Shown: positions 1 through 11,623, counted from the whole stretch's first letter. The stretch is DNA of 61,972 nt, filler included, from Candidatus Fermentibacterota bacterium (GCA_016928395.1; 7 parts of 7 records of this genome joined end to end with filler, not necessarily neighbours in it), one strand, 5' to 3'. The notes: generated from the letters alone by a model not told the origin. Numbers and translations are program-made.

Positions 1-83
1 ACTCCCCACCCCGTCTCGCAAACGCGGAACATCCGATGCAACTCCGCCAGCGCTCCGAAGAGGTCGATGCCCTGTTCGAGTAA
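1..83 (+). CDS. 3' end of an unidentified CDS running in from outside the window
   Basis: Open frame ...RLANAEHPMQLRQRSEEVDALFE-TAA(81-83), followed by a palindrome. Confidence 0.35.
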   Translation, partial: SPPRLANAEHPMQLRQRSEEVDALFE

Positions 84-96
84 GATGCATTCTGGC

Positions 97-132
97 ATAT
101 AGGACGTGTCATATATGTGACACGTCCTATAT
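97..132. repeat. Perfect 15-bp inverted repeat (hairpin or REP-like)
   Basis: ATATAGGACGTGTCA-tatatg-TGACACGTCCTATAT. Confidence 0.8.
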
Positions 133-204
133 TGACTCGCAGCAGCATTCTTGTGTGAGAGATCACGCGAAGCTCGTGGCCGTAGGCGAGCGTGGATTTC
201 CGGC

Positions 205-460
205 TCGTCGATTGCGACTACGATTGCGACTACGACAACGATACAGATAGCGATGCCGACCCCGATCCCTGGCGGGCGACCAGGAGTGCATGGGCAGTGT
301 AGGAGGGCCTTCAGGCCCGACATGCGCGGAGTGTCGCGGCTGAAGCCGCTCCTACACGGAAGCTGCGCACCGCGCACGTGCGATGCGGTGTACTCTTTCG
401 TGGAGAATCTGAGTGCGCATGCCCTCCGAGGCTCGACTGAACCCTGAACCCTGGAACCTG
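205..460. repeat. Intergenic repeat mosaic: CGA(T/C)NN hexamers, GTAG-type REP doublet, truncated 65-nt element, GAACCCT heptamers
   Basis: cgattgcgactacg... run; gtaggagggccttcaggcccga and tcgcggctgaagccgctcctac; gaaccctgaaccctggaacc. Confidence 0.7.
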
Positions 461-493
461 CTCGCAAAGCGAGCTCACCAGGAGACCCTGCGA

Positions 494-1738
494 ATGCCCT
501 ACCGTATCGCCCGCCATCTGACGGACTATCGCGGCCACGTGGGAGGCTTCAGCGCGGATGCCCGGCGCCTGCTCCTGGGCCAGGCACTCTCCGCCACGGG
601 GCTTGCGGTGTACGGCGTGTTCTTCAATGTATACCTGAACAAGGGCGGGCTTGGCGAGGATTTCATTGGCGCGTTGGCGTCGGTGACAATGATCACCTCA
701 GTCATCATCGGAATCCCCGCGGGCATTCTCGCTTCACGGGTCGGCCTTCGGAATGCGCTGCTCGCGGCGCTGCCTTTGGTGGCAATCATCTCCGCACTCC
801 AGAGCCTCACGGTGGATCGGGGCGCCCTCCTGACGCTGGCCGTGATCCTCGGGGGAGGCCAGATGCTGTTCAATGCCGCCCTGTATCCGTTGCTCACGGT
901 AGCATCAAACCCTGCGGACCGAAACTATGTCTTCTCGCTTTCGTGGGCCATCATGAGCCTGGCGGGCGTAGTCGGGGCTCTGGTCGGCGGCTTGATGCCC
1001 CATGTAGTCTCACTGATCTTCGGGTACGGCGAGTTCCACGCCCTTCGCGTCGCGCTCTTCTGTTCGGCCCTGCTGGCCTGCGCGTCGCTGCTGCCGACGC
1101 GCCATATCGCCCCCCGCCGCGGTCCAGCGCCCCCCGTTGTGCGCCTGTCGGCGTACAGTCAGATTCTTCGCCAGTGTTGGAAGTTCGCCATCCTGAATGT
1201 GATCATCGGATTGGGCGCGGGGTTCACCATTCCGTTTCTGAGTCTGTACTTCTCGACAGTGTTCCAGCTTCGTCCCTCAACCATCGGCGCGGTCTTCGCC
1301 GTCTCGGGCGCAGTGACGGGGCTGGCGGTACTGGTGACGCCTCTCTTGGTTCGCCGATTCGGCAAGCTTTACGCCATGCTGATCCCTCAGGCGGTGTCCA
1401 TACCGTTCCTCGTGATGCTGGCGCATTCCAGGCTGCTCATGCTGTCGGTGCCGGCGTTCTGGGTCAGGGGCGCCCTCATGAATGCGGGCACGCCGGTCAT
1501 GAATCAGGTGGTCATGGAAGGATCCAGCGAAGAGCACAGGCCCATCGTAAACAACCTGATCTCACTTTCGTGGAATATCGGCTGGTCGGTGTCGGTCGCC
1601 CTCTCCGGGGTCATCATCAAGCGACACGGCTACATGATCCCCTTCTACACCACCATTCTCGTGTACATCGCCTACATCATCGTGCTCTATCGGTTCTTCC
1701 GAGGCGACCCCGCCATGCGGCGTACGGCGGACACCTGA
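494..1738 (+). CDS. MFS transporter
   Basis: About 12 hydrophobic helices; motif-A-like GILASRVGLR; AGGAG RBS at 480-484 before ATG 494. Confidence 0.88.
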   Translation: MPYRIARHLTDYRGHVGGFSADARRLLLGQALSATGLAVYGVFFNVYLNKGGLGEDFIGALASVTMITSVIIGIPAGILASRVGLRNALLAALPLVAIISALQSLTVDRGALLTLAVILGGGQMLFNAALYPLLTVASNPADRNYVFSLSWAIMSLAGVVGALVGGLMPHVVSLIFGYGEFHALRVALFCSALLACASLLPTRHIAPRRGPAPPVVRLSAYSQILRQCWKFAILNVIIGLGAGFTIPFLSLYFSTVFQLRPSTIGAVFAVSGAVTGLAVLVTPLLVRRFGKLYAMLIPQAVSIPFLVMLAHSRLLMLSVPAFWVRGALMNAGTPVMNQVVMEGSSEEHRPIVNNLISLSWNIGWSVSVALSGVIIKRHGYMIPFYTTILVYIAYIIVLYRFFRGDPAMRRTADT

Positions 1739-1742
1739 GGCA

Positions 1743-3302
1743 TCAGCGGGCGCCGCGTACCCGGCGACTGATCGCGGCCTGCACGTCGCGAACCTCCGCG
1801 ATTCCCAAGGCTCGCGCCGTGGCCAGGAACACCCCCACGCCGACTGCGGCCAAGGTCGCGCCCCGGCCCAGAGATCCCAGCAGCGTTGCAGCGCCGGGCA
1901 GAGAGGACGACAGAGCAAAGCCTGCGGCGATTCCCAGCGCCATGGCCGGTAGAGACCCAGCCAGAAATGGCACCAGCGAAGGATACTCCCCCGGCTCGCG
2001 CGTGCGGACAAAACGTCCCAGGGTCATATACAGGAGCCCGATGTAGACCACCACCGCCACCGAACTCATCATGGCCAATCCATAGGTGCCCACGGTGATC
2101 CGGCTCAGGATGTACAAGGGGTAGACCGCGACGGACACCACGGTGCCCAGGACCGCGGGAATCCAGGTATTGCCCATGGAGTAAAAACCACGGCTAATGA
2201 CCGGATGGGCCGCCCATGCCCCCAGGCCGATGCTCACCAAAGCCAGGCATCGCCCGATATCAACCAGTTGCGGCTCTGAGAGGCGCTGCCTGCCGTAGAT
2301 CACGGCAGCGATGTCATACCCGGCCACCGTCAGGACCACCTGCGCGGCGAAGGCCAGGGTCAAGGTCACCCGGGTGGTTGACACCACCGTCCGGTACATC
2401 TCTCCATGCTTGCCCTGCCCTGCCAGCCGCGCCAACGTCGGGAACACCGCCTGGCCCGCCGCGAGCCCGAACACCCCCATGGGCACCCGCATCAGGGTCT
2501 TGGCATAGGTGACGATACTCACGACTCCCACGCCCAGCAACGATCCCTCCCTGCGGAGAAACCAATCGTCAACCACGATGATCGACCAGCTCAGCATGAC
2601 GGGGAGGGATCTGAGAAGGTAGGTGATCAGATCGGGGTGGCGCGGCCGCCACAGAGGCTTCCAACGCAAACCCTCCTTCACGCAGCCGATGAGCGGCAAG
2701 GCGAATGGCCCGATGAAGGAGCCGGCCAGCACGCCCCAGGCGAACCCCTCGGCCCCGGCGGTTGAGCCGCCCGCCAATCCGCCCACCACAACACCGGTGG
2801 TATACAGGAGGGGTGCGATGGCAGGCAGGGTATGCCGGTCCTTGGCCAAGAGTACCGCGGCCAGCAGACCCCCCACGATGTGAAAGAACTGGGCGGGGAG
2901 GATGATCCGGGATAGGTAGACGAGATAGGCGCGCTGCGCGGCGTCGAATCCAGGCGCTACCACAGGAGTCAGCCGCGGAAGCAGCACGAACAACGCCGCC
3001 ATGAGAACCGCCAAAACGGTGGTGACGAAGGTGGCGATAACGCTGAAGGCCTCCCATCCCTTGTCTTCCTGGGCCTTGGCCAGGTAGGAGCCGAAGATGG
3101 GGATGAACACGATGGACAGGGCGCCGCCGGCCAGGATGTGATTCAGGAAATCGGGCACGATGAAGGCGGCCCAGTAGACATCGGCGGAGGAGCCGCCGCC
3201 CAGAGTTCGCCCGATGACGGCCTCGCGCACAATGCCGATGACCCGGGAGAGCAGAATACTCATCCCCCAGATAAGGCCGGCGATGCCGATGCGGCGACTC
3301 AT
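1743..3302 (-). CDS. murJ: Lipid II flippase MurJ/MviN
   Basis: SRVIGIVRE, AAFIVPDFL, FIPIF, PMGVFG, FPTLA and SRGFYSMGNTWIP match MurJ motifs. Confidence 0.88.
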   Translation of the reverse strand: MSRRIGIAGLIWGMSILLSRVIGIVREAVIGRTLGGGSSADVYWAAFIVPDFLNHILAGGALSIVFIPIFGSYLAKAQEDKGWEAFSVIATFVTTVLAVLMAALFVLLPRLTPVVAPGFDAAQRAYLVYLSRIILPAQFFHIVGGLLAAVLLAKDRHTLPAIAPLLYTTGVVVGGLAGGSTAGAEGFAWGVLAGSFIGPFALPLIGCVKEGLRWKPLWRPRHPDLITYLLRSLPVMLSWSIIVVDDWFLRREGSLLGVGVVSIVTYAKTLMRVPMGVFGLAAGQAVFPTLARLAGQGKHGEMYRTVVSTTRVTLTLAFAAQVVLTVAGYDIAAVIYGRQRLSEPQLVDIGRCLALVSIGLGAWAAHPVISRGFYSMGNTWIPAVLGTVVSVAVYPLYILSRITVGTYGLAMMSSVAVVVYIGLLYMTLGRFVRTREPGEYPSLVPFLAGSLPAMALGIAAGFALSSSLPGAATLLGSLGRGATLAAVGVGVFLATARALGIAEVRDVQAAISRRVRGAR

Positions 3303-3411
3303 GCGTCCCTCACTTCCAGCTAGTGATCGAGAGCATGCACGTAACACCGGGCGGGGCCATGCCGCCACCTTGGGCGCGAATCCGGGGAGGACGGCTGATC
3401 AGCCCATTGGG

Positions 3412-3903
3412 TCAGGGATACCGGCCCCGCTCTTCGCCCAGGGCGTAATACACGCCGTTGAACAGCACCAAAGGGGATACCGATTCGTCGACCGTCATGC
3501 GCAGCACCTCGCCATAGAACACGGTATGGTCGCCGATGCTGTGGTGCTCGACCAGGCGGCACTCGAAACAAGCCCTGGCCCCGGCGATGAGGGGCACGGC
3601 AAGGCGTTCGCCTTGAATGGTCGTGAACTGCGGCATGCCGAGCTTGTCGTGAGAATCGCCGTGGAGGGTGCCCGCCAGTGTGGAGAGCTCCTTTTGGCCC
3701 TCTCCGAGGATCGAGACGCCGAACTCCCCGGCCTCGAGGATCAGGTCGTGGGTGACGCGTGCCGGTGCGATGCTGACCATGAGGATGGGCGGATCAAACG
3801 ACACGGGCGATGCCCAGCCGACGGTCATCACGTTTCTCTTCTGTGGTGTGGCCACGGTAACCAGCACGACAGGGTCAGGGAACTGGCTTGAGTAGCGTGC
3901 CAT
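3412..3903 (-). CDS. Flavin reductase-like FMN-binding protein
   Basis: NVMTVGWASPVSFDPP, GEFGVSIL, GDHTVFYGEV; GAAAGGAG RBS. Confidence 0.9.
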   Translation of the reverse strand: MARYSSQFPDPVVLVTVATPQKRNVMTVGWASPVSFDPPILMVSIAPARVTHDLILEAGEFGVSILGEGQKELSTLAGTLHGDSHDKLGMPQFTTIQGERLAVPLIAGARACFECRLVEHHSIGDHTVFYGEVLRMTVDESVSPLVLFNGVYYALGEERGRYP

Positions 3904-4001
3904 CGCGGTCTCCTTTCATCTCGTGCCTTCTCGTCTGTGCCGCTGGGGCAGTTCTGTCGGTCTGTGCCGGCAATATACGCGTCGCTTCGCCCCCACGAGG
4001 T

Positions 4002-4283
4002 GTGGAGTCAGAGCTCCGCCTCTACGGCGGCACCGGTGCCGTGCAGATCTCCGTAGGGGCGGGACTCTGTGCCCGCCCGAGTGGCTGTAGCCACGTCGCT
4101 CTGCGACGTGTCGCCCGGCGCGGAGCGCCGGGGCCACAACTCGGCGTGCTGTCACCCCCGAAGAACCTGAGTGCGCCCCGCGCCCTCAGAGGCCTCACTT
4201 GTTTGAGAGTACATCCTGACCTCGTACTCATACTCGTACTCGGAGCTGCGGCTCCGATAGCGATAGCGATTGCGATTGCGCCC
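4002..4283. repeat. Repeat mosaic at contig end: REP-like doublet, 65-nt element, CTCGTA and GCGATA hexamers
   Basis: 4002-4110 is a near-inverted copy of 33641-33745; about 4198-4257 recurs at the window end (about 61898-61972). Confidence 0.75.
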
Positions 4284-4383
4284 NNNNNNNNNNNNNNNNN
4301 NNNNNNNNNNNNNNNNNNNNNNNNNNNTTAATTAATTAANNNNNNNNNNNNNNNNNNNNNNNNNNNNNNNNNNNNNNNNNNNN
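4284..4383. other. Artificial contig linker
   Basis: N-run, TTAATTAATTAA (stops in all six frames), N-run; 100 nt. Confidence 0.99.
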
Positions 4384-7347
4384 GGTGACGCTGGACGTGT
4401 TCTGGTCGCCCGCCGACCATAGCACGGTACGGTAGGCCCGCAGGGTATCCAACGGAATGGTAGCCATGCCCGTCTCGAAGGTGTTCCAACGCCGGTACGA
4501 GATACCCAACCCGTTCAGGGCTCCGGTAATCCGGGTCTCGGTCGCCTCGTCATCCGAATCCACGTAGAGTAAGTCATGCTGGCCCACGATCACCGTAAGC
4601 GTGCCGGTCGAGCCGTACACACCGGCGTTCGCGGCGAAAACCGCGGAGAAGGCGGCCGGATGGGCTTGCGGGCAGTCTTGGCTGAAGGTCACAGTGAAGC
4701 CCGGGCTAGTGACCTGCATACCGGCCGGGATCAGGCCAAGGTCCTGGGTGGTGGGCCCGGAGATAGTCACGTAGGGGTCAGTCTCACCAAGGGTGATCTG
4801 CGCGCCCAGTGCGGCGCCGGAACCTGAATTGCTGACGCTCACCCTGAGCTCGACCGTTTCCCCTGGATCTGGCCGGCCATTGCCGTTGCCCGAGGGATCC
4901 AGCACCTGATACCCTGCAACGCCGAGCACGGGCGCACGTACCACCAGCGAGAAGGCGTAGTCCCAGGTGGAATCGCCGGAGGTGACGGCCATCGTGAAGG
5001 GCGCCGCCGTGCCGTCTGGTACCGAGCCAATCTGAAGCGCATAGGGCGTGGCTGATGTGCCCGTGTTCCCTGCGGGTAGGGTGCCATATGACTGAGTAGG
5101 GTTCGTGATAGTGATCTGTGGCAGCGCGGTGGCAAGGGTCCCCGTCACTGATGGTGCGGGCTCCGTGCCGACATTGGTCAAAAACACCTGCAGGTTCGGC
5201 GTCTCCCCGATGTCCAGCGCAGCGTTGCCGTTACCGCCCGCGATGTCATCAACAAACGTCGAGTCGACCACGACGTATGGACCCTCGTTGGGGATCACGT
5301 CAACGGTGGTGATCACCGGTACGCGATTCTGCCGTGTGATCACAAGATCAGCCTGGCCTGGAACAGTAAAGGGTGCGAATTCCAAGGTGATCTGGCCTCG
5401 CTCGTCAACCAACCCTGCTGCATACAGCACGCCATCCTTGCTCAGGCCGACATACGAGTATGTGTCAGCGGAGACGTCGATCTGACCGACTCCGACCGGG
5501 ATCACCGCAGGATACGCCACCGTATTTGCCGAGGGTACGGCGAAGTATGTCGCCAGCGACGGATCCCCCATGAGTGAGTAGATCTCCCAGTAGTAGTTGA
5601 TTCTGGAGCTTCCCCCCTGCACAACGGCCAGATTGCCCGCCATGATAAAGCCATACTGGGTCGTGTACCACTGAGGAAACAGCTCGCCGTGATCATGGAA
5701 CATACCGTCGTAGGCACCGGGGCCGTGGGTCTCGTAGGTTGGATTCGCACTGATGCCGCCAGCGCCGACGCCCCACCAGAAATCCTCATCCCAGTAGGTG
5801 CTGTTCGTGCCGCCGATGTACCCTATGGCGCCCTTGTTCTCGGCACGCAACCAGGCTTCGCCGAAACAATTCCCCGTGTCGAAGGCATTCGTGAGGCAGC
5901 AGTTGCCGACCACCGTTGGATACTGGGAGGCATTCTGGAGGTTGTTGATGTTGGTGATGGTGAAACTTGGATTCGACCACGATGTCTGGCTGCCGTGGGC
6001 GGTGTAGTTCGCATAGCCCACGCCATTGGACACGTCGTTCACGATCGCAGCCGCACTGCTGCCCGATGCCGGGTAGAGATAGGTGTGGGAGTAGATGCCG
6101 TGGGCGGCGTTGAAGTAGTAGGTCGTCCCGTAGTTGATCTGACCATTGCCATAGGTGGGTGCATAGTTGGCATCGACACCGGAGATCATGACCGCCTCAC
6201 CCAGGAACGAGGGATCCGGCATCTCGTAGCGTTCGTACTCCAGCGTCTTGTCGATCTGCGGCTGCAGCTCAGCCGTGGTTCTGGCGGAGAATCGGCCGAA
6301 GTACATTTCGGGCATGTAGTCGGTGCCGACGAGCCGGACATAGTGCACATCGGTGACGTGACTCCCGGTGTTGCCGCTCCACGCTGGCACCTGATCCACA
6401 TCGCCCACGAACAGCACGAATGTCGGCTTCGGGTTCTGCGCGTTGTAGATCCCCTGGATGTAGTTCTTTATCGTGGCGGTGGTCGAGCCAACCCCAGGGT
6501 CTCCCACGTATCCCTCGAATACCTGAAATCCCTGCTGCGTCTTCCATTCGATAAACGGCTGAAGCTGGGCCTGGAACATGGGATTGGCCACGATGATGTA
6601 GCCGATGGGGTATTGCGTCAGGTCGTCACGCCCCTTCTGCGGCGCATAGTTCAACACGGCGTTGTAGTACAGGGATTCATAGTAGGGCGAACTGCTCGCC
6701 CTGCGGAGTTCGCGGGTCGCCGCGAGATCGCCGCCTCGAAAGGCGACACTGATCTCTAGAGTATGGTAGACCTCCACCGAATGGCGGGACGGATCGTACC
6801 GGACCGGCTCCACGGCAAGGGCAAAAAGCCGCATGCCTCGCATGATGCCCAGTTCCTCCACCGAGACCAGGGGCCGGTCACCGTATCCCTGCACTGCATA
6901 CGATGCTTCGTTGAACTCAAATGGGACGTCTTCGGGGCGCTGACTCTTTGACAGCGACGGCTGCGCCGGCATCACGGGCGACGCAAATCCGTGGTCGGCC
7001 AAGAAGGCCTCCTGCCTCGCGGAGCGTACGACGGTCGCAATGACTTCTGATCCCAGCGGGGCCGAGAAGACCCTGCGACTCACCGGCAGTTTTGGTTCGC
7101 CGATTCTGGTCGTGTAGCTCAGGCCGGGCATCCCAATCGCGGTAAAGGGTCCACGACCCGTGTCGACCTGGAAGCCGTCGATCCGGGAGAACGAGTAGGC
7201 CACGCCGAAGCCCGTGTCGTTTGATTCAAGGAGCTGCACGGCGTCATGATCTGAATCCAACGGCAGCGAAAGCAAAGCGGGGCTATTCGCTGCGAAGAGC
7301 GCTGTCGGTATCAGGCAGAAGAGAAGGGTGGCGACGATTCGGGGCAT
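4384..7347 (-). CDS. Gingipain-like C25 cysteine peptidase (signal peptide, propeptide, catalytic and Ig-like domains); 3' end cut by the gap
   Basis: IGEPKLP propeptide, FVLFVGD, GRFSART, catalytic YTAHGS and GNCC; GAGGAGG RBS before ATG 7347. Confidence 0.92.
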
Positions 7348-7436
7348 GGGATTCCTCCTCAGGGGTGGAAAAGACAGGGATGGGCCGGCTTCACCGCGGC
7401 CGCGCGAACGCCGATACGATGGGTCATGCAGGCCCG

Positions 7437-10400
7437 TCATTGCAGAGCATAGTCATACGCACCGACGATGGCGGACGGGCTCGATTCATTTCCGGCAGCG
7501 TCCGATGCGGTAATCCGAAAGTAGTAGTTCACCGATGGGTCGCCGATGCCCTCCGGGACGAAAGCCGTGGTGGCAGCCGTGGTCAGCAACGGCGACAATT
7601 CGCCGATGTCGAAGAACGCCCAGGTCTGGCGGTACACACTGTAGTGGTCAACCCCGATATTGTCCGTGGCGGGGCTCCAGGTAAGCGTGCCATCGACAGA
7701 CAGCACCACGTTCGACGGAACAGTAGGCGCAAGGGTGTCGCCTCCTCCCAGCCAATCCAGACACCGCTGCACCACGGTCTGGACATTGTTGGGCGCCGCG
7801 GTGGCGGAGGGGAATGCCTCCAGAGCCGCGCCGAAGAAGATCGTCCGGTAGGAGCGAGTGGCATCCATCGGATAGCGGATGGCCACGGGATAGCCGCTGC
7901 TTTGCATGCTGAACACGGTTGTCGCGTCGGCGGCAGGGTTCACGCGGTCCGGATACTCGGCCAAACCCGTCGGATACGACAGGGTGACGGCAACGCCGTC
8001 GCCGATGGGATCGCCCGCGGCACCGCTCACTGCGGTGCCGCTGATATTGGTGGTGTGAGAGGCGATGTGCAGGTAGTCGCTCGTGAACGGATCGCTTCCG
8101 TAGGAAGACAGGTAGTTCTCGCCTGAGAGCAGCAGCCGCCCTCCCTCATCGAGGTATGACGCGAGGTTGCTCCTGTTCTGGTCGCTGACGCCGGAGGTGT
8201 TCTGGTCGCCGGCGGCCCACAGTACCATGCGGTAGGTCCGCAATGTGTCCGGCGGTACCGTCTCCATGCCGGTCTCGTACGTGTTCCAGCGGCGGTAGGA
8301 GCCGCCCCAGTCATCCAGCGCAGTCACGATCCTCCCTTCCGTGGCTTCGTCATCGGCATCAACGAAGAGCAGATCGTGTTGACCGACAATGAGCGTGAAG
8401 GGCAAGGCCCACTCGTAGCCGCCCTGGGCGTCTAGCTCCAGCAAGAAACTGACGGCACCGCCGGGGGGCGCCGCCGAGGCAACCTCGACGTCAAATCCGA
8501 TGGAGTTGAACGCCGTCTCTCCCCCGGGAAGATCCGGGTATGGCGATGAGCCACTGATGACGGTTATGGTGGGATCCGCGCAAGAGAGCGACCCCGCGAT
8601 CGACGAGGCCGTACCCGCCCACAGGTTGCGCACCGTCACGAAAAGCGACGCCGTCTCTCCGGCATCGAGCATGCCATTGCCGTTCGCAGGCGGCGGATCG
8701 TTGACTACCACGCCTACGAAGACTAGGTTCGGCTCCTCGGGAGGCGATCCGATCTCGATGGCATCCAAGTCAAACCCGGGGTTAGGTACCGTCGCTGAGC
8801 CGACATTGTCATCCTTGACGTAGATGTAGCGAGCATCGTTGATGCCCCCCGAGGCCATGTCGAAGGATGCCGTGCCAGTGCCGGTCCCCAGCGATGTCCA
8901 CGGGCCGTTGAAAGCAGAACCGACATAGAGCGTATAGCCTTCATCGCCGTCGGAACCGCCTTCATGGACGGTGAGATCAGCTCCGGGACCGTTCACGAAC
9001 ACAATTCCTGCATCCAGCACGATCCACCCGTTCTTGCCAAGGCTGAACCACTGGTCGTTTGGCGATCCCAAAGCATCGTGGCCGTGGGTCGGATAGGGGT
9101 AGTTGCCGTTATAGTCTGGGCTGTTCGCGCTCACTACGCGCCGCGCGAAGTTCAGTGTGTCTACGGAAACCTGCAGCCCCACGTGGACCACGGTACGCTG
9201 ACCCGGCGTAATGACCACGTCGGGGATCGTAGCAGTCTCATACCCGGGATAGGAGACCTCCAGCGTGTACGTGCCCTCAGGCAGGGGCCGGTGGTAGTTG
9301 CCCAGGGGAAGCTGGGCGAACACGGGCCAGTCGAGCTGTGACACGTTGACCGTGGCCGGAAGCGGGTCGCCGGTTGACGCGTCGGTCACGATGCCTCCTA
9401 CACCCTGGAGTGCGCGCCCGATGAAGTCCAGCACGGCAGGACGGTTGGCATTGACTATTGCATCGATCTGAGACTCAGGCGGCTCATAGTAGTTGGAGAC
9501 TTCAATCGTCCAATCCATCCCACCATAGGTGCCGTAGCTCCAGTCATTGCAGTCGCCCTTGGTCTGGTACCAGTTGTACCCCTCGGTGATGCCGTAGCCG
9601 ACAAAGGAGTCATACGCCTGGCTGAGCGCCACGATGTAGGCATTGTCCGGCGTCACCACCGGGGTATAGTTCCACAGGTAGTTGATGTACTCCGCGCCGG
9701 AATGGTAGGAAAGCGAAAGACAGAACTGGTGTTCGAGGGCATTCTCGCGAATCGCGCGCGTCTCGGGTTGCGAGTAGGCGCCGCTGAGCGAGCCGTCTTC
9801 CCGCATGTAGCCGTAGTTGCGGTTCAGATCCACTCCGTTGGCATTGTTTCGTGAGCCTGATTGGACTCCATCCGGGTTCATCATCGGGATGATCCAGATT
9901 TCCCGCTCATTCACCAGATCGGTCACCGCGGGACTGATGCCGTAGTTCTCGAGCACATGGTGAGCGATCCCCAAAGGAACCTCGACGCTGATGGTCTCAT
10001 TACCATGATGCGCCCCGATCAGACGCACCTTGGGCTCGAACTCCTCCACATCGGGATTATCGGTGATCTCCAATCCCCAGATGATACGTCCCAAAACGCT
10101 AGATCCCAGGTCATGCAGACGACAGATGGATGGATACGTCGATGCGAGCAATTGCAGATCGGCCGTCAACTCCGCATGGTCGTGATACTCACCGCGGTCG
10201 GGCACCTTCAAAGACGGGAGCAGATCCCGAGCGTCGTGGGCTATAATGCTGACGGGAAGCGCATCCTCAAGGCGAGCCAGCGCCTCCTCGGTGATGATAC
10301 CTCTCGCCACTCCGTCGCGCACGCCGTCGATGGAGAGGCCCATCCGAGCAGCCAGCGCAACATCGGCCCGAGTGGGAGTCTGGACCTCCACGAAGAGCTC

Positions 10401-10457
10401 GCGAGCTCCAGCCTGCACGATTGAGAGCGACAAAAGCAGCAGAAACACACCACGCAT
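7437..10457 (-). CDS. Secreted M14 zinc carboxypeptidase with carboxypeptidase-regulatory and Ig-like domains and an FN3-like C-terminus
   Basis: HHGNE, NPDG, RNNANGVDLNRNY, SYHSG, WTIEVS; signal peptide. Confidence 0.92.
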   Translation of the reverse strand: MRGVFLLLLSLSIVQAGARELFVEVQTPTRADVALAARMGLSIDGVRDGVARGIITEEALARLEDALPVSIIAHDARDLLPSLKVPDRGEYHDHAELTADLQLLASTYPSICRLHDLGSSVLGRIIWGLEITDNPDVEEFEPKVRLIGAHHGNETISVEVPLGIAHHVLENYGISPAVTDLVNEREIWIIPMMNPDGVQSGSRNNANGVDLNRNYGYMREDGSLSGAYSQPETRAIRENALEHQFCLSLSYHSGAEYINYLWNYTPVVTPDNAYIVALSQAYDSFVGYGITEGYNWYQTKGDCNDWSYGTYGGMDWTIEVSNYYEPPESQIDAIVNANRPAVLDFIGRALQGVGGIVTDASTGDPLPATVNVSQLDWPVFAQLPLGNYHRPLPEGTYTLEVSYPGYETATIPDVVITPGQRTVVHVGLQVSVDTLNFARRVVSANSPDYNGNYPYPTHGHDALGSPNDQWFSLGKNGWIVLDAGIVFVNGPGADLTVHEGGSDGDEGYTLYVGSAFNGPWTSLGTGTGTASFDMASGGINDARYIYVKDDNVGSATVPNPGFDLDAIEIGSPPEEPNLVFVGVVVNDPPPANGNGMLDAGETASLFVTVRNLWAGTASSIAGSLSCADPTITVISGSSPYPDLPGGETAFNSIGFDVEVASAAPPGGAVSFLLELDAQGGYEWALPFTLIVGQHDLLFVDADDEATEGRIVTALDDWGGSYRRWNTYETGMETVPPDTLRTYRMVLWAAGDQNTSGVSDQNRSNLASYLDEGGRLLLSGENYLSSYGSDPFTSDYLHIASHTTNISGTAVSGAAGDPIGDGVAVTLSYPTGLAEYPDRVNPAADATTVFSMQSSGYPVAIRYPMDATRSYRTIFFGAALEAFPSATAAPNNVQTVVQRCLDWLGGGDTLAPTVPSNVVLSVDGTLTWSPATDNIGVDHYSVYRQTWAFFDIGELSPLLTTAATTAFVPEGIGDPSVNYYFRITASDAAGNESSPSAIVGAYDYALQ

Positions 10458-10574
10458 GAAGGTCAACCTCACGAAGGTACAACCGTATATGGCAGAGGGA
10501 TCACGAGTCGGAGCAGCCCCAAGGTGCCGGGCCGAAGAGAATAAGGCGAAGCAACTGGTCCCGGCGGCTTCGGG

Positions 10575-11471
10575 CTACTTCTGGGGTCGTTCGAACAGCC
10601 CTCGAATCTCGAGGACTTTGTCGCGGGGCAGCCCGCCCTTTTCCACGGCAATGTCCAGAGCCTTGAGGCCAAGTTCGCGGTACAGGCTCGCAACCCGCGG
10701 ACGACGCGCCTCCACGGACTGCAGATGCTCCCGGATGGTCAGAACGTCTCCCCGTTCAATGGGACCGGTGAGCGATTTCGGCAGGCCCAGGAGATCGACA
10801 TTGGCCACCGTCCCACGGAGCAACGGGATGAGTACCCGAACGGCTTCCTCCTTCTCCAAACCGATCTGGATGAGGAGTTCCACCGCGCTCTGAGCCAACA
10901 CCACCAGGAAACTGCTGGCAATGCACGCCGCCGCGTGGTAGACGGGTTTCGTACGCTCATCCAGGAGGATCACCTTGCCTCCGAACGCTTCGGGAATGAG
11001 TTTCTCCAGTAGGGCAACAGCGTCCTTGGAGCCCTCAAGGCCGAAGTACGAGCCAGGCAGGTTCTGCATTGCCTGCTCTGGCGTCGCAAAACTCTGGAAC
11101 GGATGCATGGATGCCACATGGCACCCCTTCTTCGCCGCAGGCGCCAAGACACGGCTGCCCAGCGCTCCGGATGCATGCACAATGAGCTGGCCACGCCGGA
11201 ACCCGTTGTTGGAGGCCACAATCTGGCAGACTGAACCGATCTGCTCGTCCGGAACCGTGAGCAGGATCATCTTCGCCCCGACGGCAACATCCACCGGGTT
11301 CGTGGAGATCATATCCGCATCGGTCAATCGTGCGCATTGCTCGGCATCATCCCGGTTGCGTGAGGCGACGCCGCTGATGCGGTAGCCGGCCTTGGCAAGC
11401 ATGACCGCCATTGCGGTACCGACCCGGCCCGCACCCACCACGGCGATGGTAAACTTCTTCGTGTGCTTCAT
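10575..11471 (-). CDS. Rossmann-like / DUF2520 oxidoreductase (PanG-like)
   Basis: GAGRVG, LTVPDE, HASGA, HPFQSF, YHAAA, LTGPIERGD. Confidence 0.88.
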   Translation of the reverse strand: MKHTKKFTIAVVGAGRVGTAMAVMLAKAGYRISGVASRNRDDAEQCARLTDADMISTNPVDVAVGAKMILLTVPDEQIGSVCQIVASNNGFRRGQLIVHASGALGSRVLAPAAKKGCHVASMHPFQSFATPEQAMQNLPGSYFGLEGSKDAVALLEKLIPEAFGGKVILLDERTKPVYHAAACIASSFLVVLAQSAVELLIQIGLEKEEAVRVLIPLLRGTVANVDLLGLPKSLTGPIERGDVLTIREHLQSVEARRPRVASLYRELGLKALDIAVEKGGLPRDKVLEIRGLFERPQK

Positions 11472-11623
11472 AGTGATCTGGCCCTTTGTCAGGATGGTAT
11501 TTGACAACCCACGGGCACACGAGGTAATGTCTCAGCATGCGCAGGGTCGGGCGTCAACTAGCGATACAAGGTACGGCACCTTCTGAGCATTTTCAACCAG
11601 AACCTTTGGCAACGGGAGATCCG

